A DNA stretch of 55,159 nucleotides, counting the filler, from Basidiobolus ranarum (lineage: Eukaryota): assembly GCA_040143965.1 (NCBI GenBank). It is 3 parts of 3 records of this genome, joined end to end, with 100 filler letters (N's around TTAATTAATTAA, not from the genome) between each part and the next. Parts side by side here need not be neighbours in the genome. Positions count along the whole stretch, not along the records: positions 36,901 to 55,159 come from JASJQH010007156.1; 2 more parts are not named here. The stretch is one strand, 5' to 3'. How positions within the stretch are numbered: the first letter of the stretch is position 1; each line of letters begins with the position of its first letter. A model generated the notes under the pieces. The model had not been told where the DNA came from, searched no databases, and saw only the letters and a list, made by a program, of their open reading frames with translations. Shown piece by piece: positions 37,498 through 51,850 of this stretch. The position numbers and the translations under genes are program-made.

Positions 37498-39878
37498 TCA
37501 GATGTGTTGAGAGAATGGATTCGCTATGCTGGGATTCAATCCAAAGGAGAATAATGGTTGGGGAATCTGTGGATCATATTCCATTAGGTTGTTGCCAGAT
37601 AATATCTCAAATAACCCAAAGTTGTTGTTATTACATTGAAATTGTGAGGTGTCCATTTGCGGCGTTGCAGCGTAAGGCGCTCGGATATTAACATCATAGT
37701 TCAACATGCAATCCCTCTGGGCATTACTCACCATTTGGAAGTTGAAATCAGGCTGTTGCGGGTCCAGTGTGGGGAGTTCTACTAGTGATGGTATTAATAC
37801 AGTTGGAGATGGTGTGAAATGTTGGGGCTCTGAGAGTGGCACGCCAGGTGAACTTGCTTTGGTTTCGTTCAGTTGCAGTTCTGTCCGGTTGGTAGAAACT
37901 TCTTTAAAGGGAAGAATGGTTTCATTTATAGGTCGGCACCTTGCCCCTTGTTTCTCGTAAAGTATCTTCAACACATGGCAGTATTTTCCGGATATGGGTA
38001 ATACTTTCGATAAACTTTGAAGTGCCCAATAATGTAAAGCAAAATCGGTTTTGGCAATGACTTGTTCCCATGGCATGGAGAGTACAGACCAAAGGTGGAC
38101 AGTACTTGCAGTAAAGATGCAAAAAGGAATAAACCCATCAAAATATCCAAAATCGGTCAGAGTGACATCGCTCACAATACGAGAGATGGCATTGGCAGCC
38201 GCAAAGCATCGTCGCAAGGAAGGAGTCCATAAGTTCGAGACTGGTACTACATCTTCTACATTCGGATTTCGAAGATTAATTCTATGCAGAATGATCACAC
38301 ATGTATGATATATGGTGTGAAGACTTCGGATGGTCAAGTAGTCCCTATACCTCTTCTTCTTGAAGTTTTTGGGTGCAATGTATTGATATTGAGCGGGAAG
38401 TGAAGTTGCCCACGCTTGGAGTTCGTTATCTAGCTTGACAAATTTGGGGCATACTTGATAGCTAAATTCCTGGCGTTTTGCTTTAGGTTGATTTATGTAT
38501 CGTGTAATCTTTCCAAGAATTGTAATCAACACAATATAGACCGCCGAGATACTACAGGAAGCATCGAGGTATAATGTTGATGTAGAGGGGAAAAGAGATT
38601 CCGATAACCCAGCATCGACATCCTCAATTTGAAGCATTTGACTGGGTGACGGTATACCACTCTCCCAAGCTTCAATAGACACAGGGAGTAATATGTGGCA
38701 ATCCCTCTCATCTATCATAAGAGGCCTCCCTGTAAGGCTTGCACCATACCTATCCATCATATAACATGTCCACCAAATCCTTCTTCGTGTCTCTCGTTCA
38801 ATCCACTGTTCAGGAGAAATCACCTCATTTCCACTATTCTCGTCAATTCGGTTGATACCCAATGCTTGCGCAATCCTTCAAATGGAATTAAATAAGAGGT
38901 TAGTCCACTGACGATGGGTTTATGAGATTATTAATAAGCATTACCTAATAGCGAGTGCTGAGATTATAACACGTTACAAATAGAAAGCAAAATTTAGCCC
39001 ATGAACTTGGTATTATTTTAACACGAGATAAACTAACCTGGAAAAATCCACGAACTAGGACTACGACCAAACTCGAAGCAGGTTATAATGATCAGGGCCT
39101 GTATAGTGGAAATGTCGAGTTGATTGGTAACCGGTAGAAGCTCCTTAACTTTACTAGCATACATGTCGCAAGTGGATGCGCTAAATTGAGACGATTGTTT
39201 CTCCGAGTCATCGGTATGAATTATGGAAGAAGAGAGTGCATACATAGAGTACAACAAGATTTTAGATACTCGATTATTTTTAAGTGCTTTTAGGAACGTG
39301 GGGCGATGAACAACTGCTATAGTGTTGTTTGCTCGCTCAAAATAAGCATCAATCAGGTACTTGGATTCTTTGGGAGAGAGAGATAACTCATCAGTCGAAG
39401 ATTCAAATACGGTTGTGGATTCGCTCGATGGACTAGTATTTATAATCTGAGGAGGAAAGTCCTTGATATCAAGAATGCCTGAAGTGTTCCCAAAGTATAA
39501 TTTTATCGGAGTGTCCTGAATGCTCTCCTCTTGAGGACTTGGCTTAGGCGAAGAATCAGTGGAAGTAGAATTGTAATTCGGGTTTAACAGTTCACTATAA
39601 TCAGGAAGCTCTAAGGTGTCTTGGGAATGTTTTGTCAAGTTTAGTGGAGCGTGTTTTAAACGCTGCTCCAATAACTCAATTTTTCTCTCCAAACTCTCTA
39701 TATATTGCTTTTGTGGATTACGCTTTTTGGCCGTAGGAACGTATACACAATCATTACCCAAGCGTAGGCAATTCGAACAGGTTGGTCTTTTGCTATCACA
39801 TTTGACTTTTTTCCTGCGACATATTATACATGCTTGTCCAAACTTCCTGCGTTTAGTAGGATCATTTGTATCGCTCAT
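37498..39878 (-). CDS. Zn(II)2Cys6 transcription factor with fungal-specific TF domain
   Basis: ACIICRRKKVKCDSKRPTCSNCLRLGNDC, VHRPTF and ETRRRIWWTCYMMDR. Includes a predicted 13-nt micro-exon at 38957-38945. Confidence 0.93.
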
Positions 39879-40672
39879 TTGTAGTGAGTAGGGGACAGAA
39901 TAGCTACGTTATATATACAATGTATATTTGATTGTTAAATACAATAGTAGAACAAAGATGTGCTCGAAAAAGGGAAGAAAAGAAATTCGGATATGTTGAC
40001 TCGGATTAAAAGTAAGTGTCACTCACTTTGTTAACAATTTGATATATACGATTTTACAGGCGAAAAGTCAGCACTTGATGTATAAAATTATACAGGAGTG
40101 GATTCAATCAATTGTAAAATGTGACAAATCATGATCGGCAGATATTAGGGCTAAGCTATGAATAACAATACCAAGATATTTCTAAATATAAGTCTCATCT
40201 GACATTGCGGATTGATACGAAACCGTATTTCTCCGAATCATCTAACATTAATTCTATAACTAGAAATTCATTTACAATCATGCTTGTACCGAGTCAAACT
40301 TTGGTTCAGGGCTTTACGCTATAGCGCTCTGACGGATCTGGCTGAGGAATACAAATCAAAAAGCAATTTTGGTTCAAGTTGAGCCATATTTTGCGATATT
40401 AATTAGCCACTTGAATGAAGATCTCCCCATAATTTCTTCTACATAATCACCATACTTTACTCGAGAAATCAGTCGCGTTTAGTCGGGATTTTTCAAAGGA
40501 GACTACAATGAAACTTAAACTTCCAAATCTCTTTTGTGATTAATTTATTCCTGGTCTTCGTGTGATGGTTTTCTTTTTAGTCACAAAACAACGCTTTTCT
40601 AGAATAGTAAAGTTTTTGGCTTTTGTGGTGTTATTTTCTTCTTAATTATATTTAATTTTTACTACTTCATTA

Positions 40673-42720
40673 ATGGGTTACAACACAGAAAGCGATGTAT
40701 CAGAAGATGAGGCTAATGAGGACTTGGAAGATTTCGGCGATTCTCTACAAGACGATTCCTTTTCAGTGAAGCCGGAAGATCTTGATGATATAGATATGTT
40801 GGATCAGATTGACGAAGAGGAGGAAGACGATGATGACGACGAATTGATAGATCCCGATAATGAGGAAGAAGACATGGATGACGACGAGCAAGATGATATG
40901 GATGAGGGGGAGGAAGTAAAGGAGGAGGCCAAGGAGGAGATAAAGGAAGAGGAAGAGGAAACCGGCGAAGGTAAGGTCTCTTCAAAAAATTCCGATTCTT
41001 GGAAATTTGCTGAATTTGTGCGCTAGTAACCATAGATGCGGGGGGTATTCTTCATAAATACTTTGATACGACGAAGGTAACTCCTAGGCGAAAGCTTCAG
41101 GACAACGCAGACACCTGTAAAACATACGACATTATCCCATACGTAAGAGCTTTTATTTTGGTGCGAAACATTTTTCAAATTGAGTAACCTAGTCAATAGG
41201 TTGCAGCAATAGAACCTTACAATATATACTGTATGGCAAATACCCGATGTATGCGATGGGTTTTCACTGGCTCAGAAGATGGTTATGTGCGAAAGTACGA
41301 TTTTTTTGCCTCAATGAACGGGAAAACTCCACTTGCTCAATCCCAGAGACATAATCATGTCGATTCAGTTACAAAAGTAATCACCCACATTTAATCAATT
41401 GTTTCTATCAATCTCTCGCTAACCTGTTTCCCTTTCTTTAGTCGGGAATCTTACTATCGTATTGGGAGAATGAGGAGCAAACACCAACGGGTTAGTGAGT
41501 CCCCTTATATACAGACTGGAAGAAAGACTAAAAGAATATTTCAAACAGTGAAAACCTCACCGGAAGTTAAAGTATCTCCCGTTTACAGTTTAGCAGTCCA
41601 TTCAGAAGGCATCTGGGCACTTACCGGACTCGAGGTATTTCATACTGATTTGGCCATATGATATACAGTTTTAACCCATTTCCATCAGAATGGAGATATC
41701 AATCTTTGGAGTGTGCGACATGAAGAGGGGAATTGCCAGCATGTCTTGCGTAAACATACGGACCCCGTATCTGTGCTTAAAATCACGCCAAACGAAATCG
41801 GTGTGGTGAGCGGGTCTTGGGATAGATCAGTATTGGTAAAAATTATCGTTATTGGCATTTAATGTACCGCTACTGATATCACGTAGCATTGGGATTTAAA
41901 CACAGGGGATATTGTTCGCAAGTACACCGGGCATAAGTCACAGATTAGTTCGATAGCTTTTCAACCGACTTATGCTGAAGAGCAATCTACTCAGGTTCTA
42001 ATGACAACAAGTATCGATGGAACCTGCCTCTTCTGGGATTTGAGAGACCCCAAAGCGATTCCTAGAAAAATAACCGCCCCAGAAAAATGTCCACCTTGGT
42101 GTCTATCGGTACGATTTTAGCAAGCCTATAATCATTCCCTTGCTAACATGATATATTTAGTCATGCTGGAGCGTTGATGGAAACAAAGTATATTGCGGGA
42201 GACGTAATGGAACAGGTAATAGCTCAATTTCAATGTATACGAATGTTATTTAGCTAACGTTAACGTGAAAGTGGATGAATGGGATTTTGGCTCTGGTAAA
42301 TTCATTCGTTCGCTCAAGATGCCCTCGAACTCGGGGCCAGTTTCGTTTGTGGCCTGCATGGCTAACGGAAGGCATCTCGTTTGGTTGGTTACTTTTTTAT
42401 GCTTGAGATCCATTGATTTTATGCTAATTGTTGCGTAGCGCCTCCAACGACAACATACGAATGTGGAACCTTTCTATGGATGGTGCTGAAGGGAAACTGA
42501 TTCCATTCCAGATCATCCCAGGCCATCATGGTGGTGTTGTTTCTGACATACGTAAGAATAAGCAAACATCGTCCTTGCATTTACAATCCCACTAAATATG
42601 TTGACTCTAGATATTGATGAAACCTCTAAATACATGATCACTACTTCCGGAAATCGAGGATGGGAAGGAACTAGCACAAACTGTGCGCTCTTCTATGACA
42701 TAGTGCCAACCCTCTCATAG
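40673..42720 (+). CDS. SPT8: SAGA complex WD40 subunit Spt8, multi-exon
   Basis: Acidic N-terminus, YDIIPYVAA, FTGSEDGYVRKYD, SYWENEE, SPVYSLAVHSE, PPWCLS, GRRNG, PGHHGG and SGNRGW. Confidence 0.9.
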
Positions 42721-45193
42721 ACATGTCGCCAGCTAGCAGCCACTTTTGATTGGCATTGATTTCGTATTCCATGAAGCTAGATGCAACGGAAACTGGTTTA
42801 TCCTTCACTTGGTTATTTATAGAGAGACCCTAATAAAGATGTGTAATCTCAATAAACCTCTGCATACTGAATTGTCAGCAGATATGCTCTGATCACCAAG
42901 CAAGGTTATCAATTAGTATTCAATTTGTAGCCTTCTTTGGAATAGTGACCACACAGCTACATATGTACGATATTTGAACCTTATTTCAATGCCACATCAC
43001 AATCACCCAACTTTCACCTGAATCGGCCCAAATTGAGTTGCTATCCTACATCACAGTAACAGCGACTAAATCTGAAGTAGCCACTATTTGTGCTTGTGGT
43101 GGAGTCTGTTTTGTGGCATATTTAGTAGCATCAACACCAGTAATTGCACGAGTTGTTTGTATGGAGATTCGTTCGATTACAAATCCGATTGGAATCCATA
43201 GTACACCAACAGGAACCGAAATCACTCACCTAACCCACTTAAAACCAATGAAACCCCAATTTGTTTCTCATTTGCTCCACTCTTACAAAGTGGAATCAGA
43301 CCTGGTGGCTCATTAGTCACCTCCTGTTCGGATTGGTACTTACGAAACCTTGGAAGAAGTACAATGGGAAGTGTGGCTTCCATATCATCAGTGCATGGAT
43401 GTTTTGGGTGTGTTGGCCACACTCTCATGGTCGATAGTCGTTGAAAGGGTCTGGGAAAGACCGCAAAAAACGCAGCAGCGTGATCTTGTGTAGCATCCAT
43501 CTAATGCAGGAATTTAAAAGCGAGAAAAATCCAGTGAATTTCATTTAAATATGCAACCTTGAGTCACTCAGTGGTATATTTATCACACTGCCTTCGATAA
43601 CTGGCGCATGTTCTGCTACAACTGCCAACTACTGTCCAGGCTGCAGCTAATAGTGTAGTCAATATTGGTTAATTGAAGTAGTCGTTAGAAAAGAGATAGA
43701 AATCGCTCTGCAGTTTCATCGAGCATTTCATCTATTACTAGCACTATTGCTCGCTTTAGGAATGTGCTACTATGAGATATCATAACCCCTTCCTAATATG
43801 GGGCACCTAATGAACCATGGCCCAATAGCTCTTGCAGCCAATGTTGGAAGGCAGACAACAGGTTAACAAACAAGATTTTGGTATACAAGAAGGGATCATC
43901 TTCTCTGCAGTGGCTGACACGATGAGGCTGCCCAAGATTTATGATGCTCATTAAAGATACCGCCCCAGCTCCTTTCTGGCTGAAAAGCAACGATAACTAC
44001 CTGTTGCTCAAAGCACTGATTTGGAAATGCTGTCTAATCTGTCGCTGTATTAATTTCAGCAGTCCCGGTGGGCTCTAAGCATTGGCCTATACCTCAACCT
44101 GAGTGCCAACATTCCCACACTTCAATGCAGCATCGCTTGCAACGCCCGCGATCATCATCGAAGTTGACCATATGGAATTACATAATAGTAATTACCTCAT
44201 CCACAAGGATCAATGCCTTGAATTGAATCACCGATGATTCTGGTGAACAGTTTGTCAATTGGAGGTTGCAAACAGGTGGTCAAGAAACAACGACACTGGC
44301 ACCTGATTTTTGCAGTGAATCTGTACCATACTTCAACGTTTCCGTCTCAATTTGTGCCTCAACTCAAGTCATACTTTCCCATCAGTGTGCTACTATGGTA
44401 TTAGGTTCCATCTCTAATGAATGGCAGCCTTAGATTAATTGCCAATGAGAATGCGGATTCTTGATTCTCTTGCACAGGTTCAACATTTCAGTAACGGGGG
44501 TTTCTGGAGTGATTGGAATCAGCAAAGATCCCACCTTCACGCTGCCTGTGTTGCTTATTGGACAGTGTTCGCCTCGCAGCCAAGTCGCTACGGTAATTCG
44601 AGCTAAGCTACTCGCTTAACACACCACATGTGTCTTAATTATTTTGATTGTTGCCCAATAATGTGAAACCTTAGAGTATATATGTGAGCGGGGTTTCGGC
44701 TTCGGCTTCGGCCATGAGCTTAATATTGATCTTCATATTCTAAATTATATTGATTTAAGGTCTTGATCTGAACGAGTCCAATCACGATTGTATATTGATC
44801 ATCAGAGCGTTGCAGACAGGTTTTGAATCAACAGATCCTTTTATCACTTCTGTTTCAAGCCACACGCTGTTCATTTTGGGCCGATTGATTCAAACGATGG
44901 GCCCAATAAAAACTAGCAAGTCACACAAAATAGGTTTTCTTGTTGTTAGTGTTGTTACATGCATAAATCTATTGTTGTAAGTTCTGGCTACTCCGAGATT
45001 TAGTATATAAGCATCTTCATCTTGTGTAAGGAGTTTGATTTTAATGTCATTTTGGTTTCATACACGATCTTATTCTCTGATTGACCAGTCGTACCTTTCA
45101 CATATTTGATACTACAACGTAGACTTATTGGATCTTCTTTCACCTCGCGTAGTCCGACAAACTTATCACATCAATCTTTTCAAGTTATTGTTA

Positions 45194-47698
45194 TGGATCA
45201 CTCGGATGGCTCGAAGCCTGTGAAACGAAAACGTCTCACTCAAGCTTGCGACACTTGTAGAAAAAAGAAAGTCAAGTGTGATGGAAACCATCCAAGCTGC
45301 TCTAATTGTATTCGTTTGAATGTATCTTGCGCTTATCTTCCGAGTTTCAAAAAAAGGGGACCACGTCAAGGGCCTCCAGTTGTTGAAGAGAAGCTTACTG
45401 GTAGTAGCGTGGAATTTTTTCGGCGCCTCTCAGCCCCCGGCTCTACTCAGTACAGCAAAATAAACCAACAGTCATCGTCGTCGTCTAGCATACCAAATTT
45501 CAATCCCAGTTTAATCTCTATTCCTGCCCTTCCGGCTGTTCCTCCTAATTTCTTTAGTAATTTCTCCCACATTCCTATCCCTTCTTTTGATGCTGGAGGT
45601 ACTCCATTTTTTGGAAACATTGGTGCACATATGCCACCTCCTTATCCAACAAATTGTCAAGGTAAAGACCTAGAAGTCGAAGAGGAAGAGGAAGAAATAG
45701 GAGATCCTTTAGAGAAAGAGGTAGCCGTTAGAGAAAAAGTAGAACAAGTATGGCCCCAATCATATTTGGGAAATACATCTGGACTTCATCTGCTTACCGC
45801 TAGTGGAGGAAGTGAAAAGAGCCCATCGCCTAAAAGTGAATCAGAAAGCCTATGCTTAATTGGAGCCGATTCTTTACCACCACCACAGATAACTGAGCAT
45901 CTAGCCAATATATATTTTGATGTCATCTACCCACAAATGCCCTTTATCCATCGCCCTACTTTTTTCAAAAGGCTGAAAAATAAGGAGATCCCACCTATTT
46001 TAATATTAAGCATATGTGCCTGTGTATCTCGACTGGCAACACATCCAGCTGGACTTGTTGATGATGCTCCCAGAGGCGGTGAAATATTTTCCGAACGATT
46101 TCGGAATATCTTAGTCCTTTGCTTGGATGATCCTTGTCTATCAACCACACAAGCGCTTCTTATTTTTTCGTATTTTGAATACACCAACGCTCGGATTTCC
46201 AGGGCTTGGATGTATTTAGGGATGGCTGTTCGGTGAGTATTCTATTTTCGTTGAAGTTTTCATGTATCATATACTTAATTTTGCCACTTTTAGGATGGCA
46301 CAAGAACTGGGAATCAATAGACTTGATGAAAGGGGCTCTTTTGATGATCAAAGTCCAAGTGAATGGATAGAGGCGGAGACTCGAAGACGGGTCTGGTGGT
46401 CTTGTTTCATTCGTGATCGTTTGGGTAGCAGTAGTACTGGCAGATCGATGGCAATCGATGAACAAGATACTAGAGTATTACTCCCTTGTGATGAAAGCGA
46501 CTTTAATAATGAAAATCCAGTCGAGTCCGAGCTACTAGATATTTCTGATAACGCTACTCATGTATATCCGGCACCACCGAGTGGAAATACTACTAAGAGA
46601 GAAAAATGTATCGGCTATCGTGCGCATTGGGTTAGGCTAGTGGCGTTGTTAGGAAGGGTGTCGCAGTTCGTCAATAGTCCAAAATTCCGTAAGGCTCGTT
46701 CAAGTACTGAGACTTTAGCAAAATTTGCTTCTTTAGAAAGCAGTTTGGCTATATGGGCAAAAACTCTGCCTTCACAATTCAGATATCCTTGTAAGCTTGT
46801 GGATGAAGTATCGCCCAATGGATATTCCCGAGCTGCTTTCATCACATGTATTCATATTTTATACCACACCGCTATAATCTTGCTTTATCGCTCTAATCTT
46901 GATTTGAACATGCTACACGCGAATGACGACCCTACCAATTCACTGGTTGCTGATTCTTGGAAAAGGTGTATCAGCTCCGCAAATCAGATCATTGCAATCA
47001 TCCCAGAATTTTATACTTTCCCGCCTTGCTACAATTATCCTCACGTATGTTTCGGTATATTTACCGCGGGAACAATATACATGCATTCGCTTTTTTCCCC
47101 GAATATATCTACTGTTGTAGAAGAAACCAGAAGTAAGCTTGAACACACGTACAACACACTACTTATGCTAAAAAAAGAGTGGCTTATGGCTGGAAAATAT
47201 TGTGTATTGCTCAAAGGCTTGGTGTCTATTCGTGGCCGTGTTCTTGCGCAAAGAAATAGTGATAAAGCAGAAGCAAGTGAGCTGGAGAGCCTATCACCAT
47301 TGACTCCAGAATTTGTGTCGAAAGGAAGCGACTTCAGCGGTGTCATGACTAAAATAGGGCTTGAGAATTCCAAACCTATGGGGCTTGACTCCACTCACGT
47401 GCCGCTTCAAATAGATGACAACTCTCTGAATCTCTTTGACGGATTCCAGAATCTCACTGATATGCCATTTAGCCAAGGAACATTATTTTTTGATGGGCTT
47501 CTAAGTAATGCATATTTAAATTCCTGTACTGATATTCCGACGAATATTGAGCCGTCATCCCTAGAGCTAAGTGAAATCGGGGGTATACCGGGAAATTCTA
47601 CAGAGGACAATCAGAGTTCATTCTTCCAATACATGGCGGTTGATTCTCAAGGAATTGACGGAGGATGGTTGAGTAACTTAACCAGCGACATGTTCTAA
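45194..47698 (+). CDS. Zn(II)2Cys6 transcription factor with fungal-specific TF domain, one intron at about 46233-46293
   Basis: ACDTCRKKKVKCDGNHPSCSNCIRLNVSC, IHRPTF, WMYLGMAVR|MAQELG and ETRRRVWWSCFIRDR. Confidence 0.93.
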
Positions 47699-48703
47699 AT
47701 CTTCTCGAGTTTTGCATTCCACCCTATCCTACATTTGCTATTAATTTGTTATATTCATCGTGTACATATCTCCTTTATATTATCTGTCATTGAATCATTT
47801 TTGTTCCATATAGAGGTACTCCTTGGTTGAATTTTCCTTCAGTATTTCTCTAATTTCATTGACAAGTCTGTATCCATCTACTGAGTTATATTATTGATTA
47901 TTACAGCCACGACTTTCCTATTTCATTCACCAGTAAAAAATATATACTGACACTAACAGCCACGCTTCTAGTAGCCCTTTGGATCTATCCTGTTTAGTAT
48001 ATAGCTGACATCGGAAACTTCGGATGCTTGAATGGATATGAGGACATTCCAACTGATCTCTATCTACATTTCCAACCACTGAATGTATACATCCTACTTG
48101 AAGCAATGACCAATTATGATCAATACTCGACTGCGATGCTATCAGCAGGTTGAGATGTCACACCAAAGTTGCAGCAAGTTTCTAGGTTCATCTTCACCCA
48201 GGCTAGTGACATTATGAGTCACAATATATACAATATGAAGGTGAGAAGGAGTAGAGAGATTGGAAACATCAATGGTGATCCAGGGGCCATATCAATGCTC
48301 TCATGAATGCGAGTTTTAGGATAGTTCAGGTAGGATTATTTTAAGTTGACGAAATACTTCTGGATAGAACTTAGTAGGATCATAGCTAGCAATACGAAGC
48401 ATGACCTAATGTGAAATGCAGTCATATTCATTAGAATGAGCCAACACCATGTCTAATAATAGTCCATGGATAATTCTTTGAGAAATAGTGTAGAGATCTA
48501 GAGAGGATTGTATGAAGAGAGTTGGCTTCATCGACGTCATTGGTCGAAAACATGAATGTATTTTATAAGGTTGGAATCAATAAACTGCATATGAAATCCA
48601 AAAATAAGGTTTGGCATGGTGAGTTTCATCCTTAATTTGTGTTCAGAGAAGATAGGGAAATGGTAGAAATATTCATTTTGTTGACAAACAAATAAAGTTC
48701 AAG

Positions 48704-49542
48704 TTATAGAGCACTCAAACCACAATCTATGGTGACTGTTGATCCCGTAATCCCAGCGGCCAGGTCTGTACAGAGGTACATCACATAATCTGCCACCTCA
48801 GATGGCTCTAGTAATCTCTTACATCCAGTATCTGGTACCAGCTCGCGGATAATCTGCTCAGCACTCTTCCCCTGCTCTTTCGATAACTGGTTTACAATTC
48901 CTTCAACGGGAGGGGTGCGAATCCATGTTGGACAGATACAATTGCATGTCACTCCATGTTCATTAGCTTCTAATGCAGTGACTTTTGTGAGACCAATAAG
49001 GCCATGCTTGGCAGATACATAAGCAGCTTTCAACGGAGCGCCATGGATGGAGCATGCTGAACCTAAAATAAGATTGTATTTAAGCCATGTTCTTGGAAAG
49101 TGAAAAGTTCAAATGATTGGGTACCAATGTTTACAATTCGGCCCCATTTTTTTCGGTACATCATGGGAAGGAAATGGTGAGCCAAAAGAAAAGGAGAAGT
49201 TAGCATTAAATCGATCATATTCTTCCAGGTGCTTTCAGGAAGCTCTTCCACTTTGGACATCACTACATAACCTGCAGTGGGAATTAATATGTCACAGCCA
49301 CCATCCTCAGCTACCACCGAATTAACTAAATCTTGAATTTGCGTGGAATCGGTTAGATCGCATGGATGGAACACTACATTTTGAAGCTCCTTCACAACTT
49401 TGCCTCCTTTCACTTCATCGGTTCCAGCAATATGTACCTTGGCACCGGCCAGTGTAAATCCACGGGTAATGGCTAAACCAACTCCACTTGTCCCTCCTGT
49501 AACTAGCACAACTTTGCCTTCAAAACTAAAATTCGCTGACAT
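48704..49542 (-). CDS. Classical SDR oxidoreductase, 3-hydroxybutyrate-dehydrogenase-like, one intron at about 49121-49063
   Basis: VTGGTSGVG, WGRIVNIGS, KAAYVSAKHGLIGLTKVTALE, NCICPTWIRTP and ITGSTVTIDCG. Confidence 0.85.
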
Positions 49543-50390
49543 GCTCTGATTTAAGGTGCCACTACTACTAGCGACGCTTTTAAATATCCCAATCACTAGT
49601 CATAAGTGACTCACCACATCATTATATATGTCAGCATGTAGTTCTGGATCTATAGGTACCATCCGCAGCCCATCAATAGTTGCATTGTATGATGTAATGC
49701 TGATATGGGTTGGTCATGTTAATTTAACACTGTGGACTAAGCCACCTAATCTTCATCCAATATTAGACTACACATTAAATTACAGAAATCTCATAGCCGC
49801 CATCCAAATGTCCACTTACTGCACCACATTTGTATTTGTGATCGTCTCAGGCTAAAGGCATATCAGATCAATCATTGTAAGTAATGGGATTTTTGTCATG
49901 ATTCAGAATTTCCCCCAATCTCCTTCATCCTCCAGAAAAACCAAAGATCCCACCATTCAATAATTTCATACACTCATCTTATGCATTAATTCTCCTAGAC
50001 CAGTTTAATCCATTCGCAAGTATAGGAAAAGTATTAAATTCACTTCTAAACTGCTTCTTTGGGAAGCTAAACCAACTAAATTGCATATTCCCCACTCTCA
50101 GTTGGTTTCCAAAGAGTTATATAATATATGACTTGTTACCAAGTGAAAATATTGCATTTTGGAGCAATGGCCTAAGTAGACATGTGAAAATTGAACCATC
50201 AACTCCATGTTCAGGGAAGAGGCTCTAGGTAAGTTCTTGACTTTACATAAGAATAATCAGAAAACATATTTGCAGTTAGAGCTCCACATTCAATATTGCT
50301 TGTTCAATTGTTAATCATTAAATATATATTAGAGCTACAAGATAACAATGTTATTTGATTTGGGTGGGCACTGAGCTTGCACTCTCCATA

Positions 50391-51850
50391 ATGCCTACTT
50401 CTCAAATTTCTGGAACTTTTCCCTCCTCTGAAATATTAGATGGAACTAAATAACAAGTTTGGAAAATTAAAATCAAAATGTCACTGCAAGAAAAAGGACT
50501 TTGGGATACTGTTGCCAAAGAAGAAAACATAGCAATACTATCTGAAGCCAAAGTTTTATTCTAGCTTAAAAGGAACCAAGTACTTTTAAAACAAATTGTC
50601 TTAATATCAAACACAATTTGCTAATTAAGTGTTCAAGTGCCAAACCAGCCAAAAAGGTATGGAAAGCCTTGGAAGACATCTATCAAACATGCAAACAAGA
50701 TGTTTCTAAGAAGAAGGTTCTCTAACCTTAAAATGAAGCCAGTAGATGACTATAAACTATAACTAATACAGTCACTATTTTAATGGATAAAATAGAAGGC
50801 AATTGAGTACCTATTACTGATCTTGATATCATAATTAAAGTTCTGAATAGCCTGCAAGGTGTGTTTTAGAACATGATAGTAGCTCTAGAATCCAGAACTG
50901 GGAATTTGACCTTTAATTATGTACTTGACTAACCACTGTATAAGTATTTATGCACCTGAAAATGCCTTAGTAGGCTATGAGAAACCTTCCTACAAAGATC
51001 AAAGGCACTTTATGAGGAAAAGTAACATATTCTACAATTATTGTCAATGAACTGCCAATATAAGCAAAGATTGCTTCAACCAACCATAAAAGAAGAAAAC
51101 TTAATATACAAATATGATTGAAACATATGATCACTTGTTAATATCTGCTCTATCTATGGCTACCAAGAAAGATTCTCAGATACAGTATATTGATTCTGCA
51201 GCTTCTCAACATTTCACAGATGAAAATCAATGGTTTGTGGTTTATGAAGAAATCCAAATGAGAGAGGTTTCTTAGGAGATGGCTATACATTGGATCCATC
51301 ATTGTGGTTCAAAATTAGAATTACACAGATTGAAAAGAAAAGATCAGAAATTATATAAGCTTATTGATAATTCAACTGTTTTATATATAAATTAAGTTAT
51401 TCAAATCATGAAACTATTAAGGTATGGTATAAGAGATATAGCCATATTAGATATCATGAAACTATTGAAGTATGGCATAAGAGATATAGCCATATTAGAT
51501 TTGATTATGTGAGCAAAATGATTAAAAATGGCCATATTTCTGGAATGTGAATAGGCTCCCAACTGGATTGGAAATTTGTGAGGGTTAGGTATATGGAATG
51601 CAAGCCAAGCAGCTATTCAAGAGCTCTGGTTATATCAAATCTGTCATATACTTAAATCTGATTGGTTCATATTTGGGTAGACCTATAGAAATGCATCTTA
51701 TAGTAGAAAGGGATATTTAGTCACATATATTGATGATTATATAACATACACTTTAGTCTGATCTATAGGAAGAAAGAAAGAAGCTCTCTCTCTATCTTTG
51801 GAGATTTTAAGACACTTGTGAATACTGAAACTGGAAACAAATAAAGAAAG
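50391..51850 (+). mobile_element. Degenerate Ty1/copia retrotransposon relic (gag, protease, partial integrase; many stops and frameshifts)
   Basis: LDGTK*QVWKIKIKMSLQEKGLWDTV (gag), YIDSAASQHF (protease), WHKRYSHI and ICEG* (pre-integrase), GYLVTYIDDY and FKTLVNTETG (integrase). The order is copia-type. Confidence 0.85.
51405..51500 (+). repeat. 48-bp tandem duplication inside the copia relic
   Basis: Units 51405-51452 and 51453-51500 differ at about 3 positions. Confidence 0.85.
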
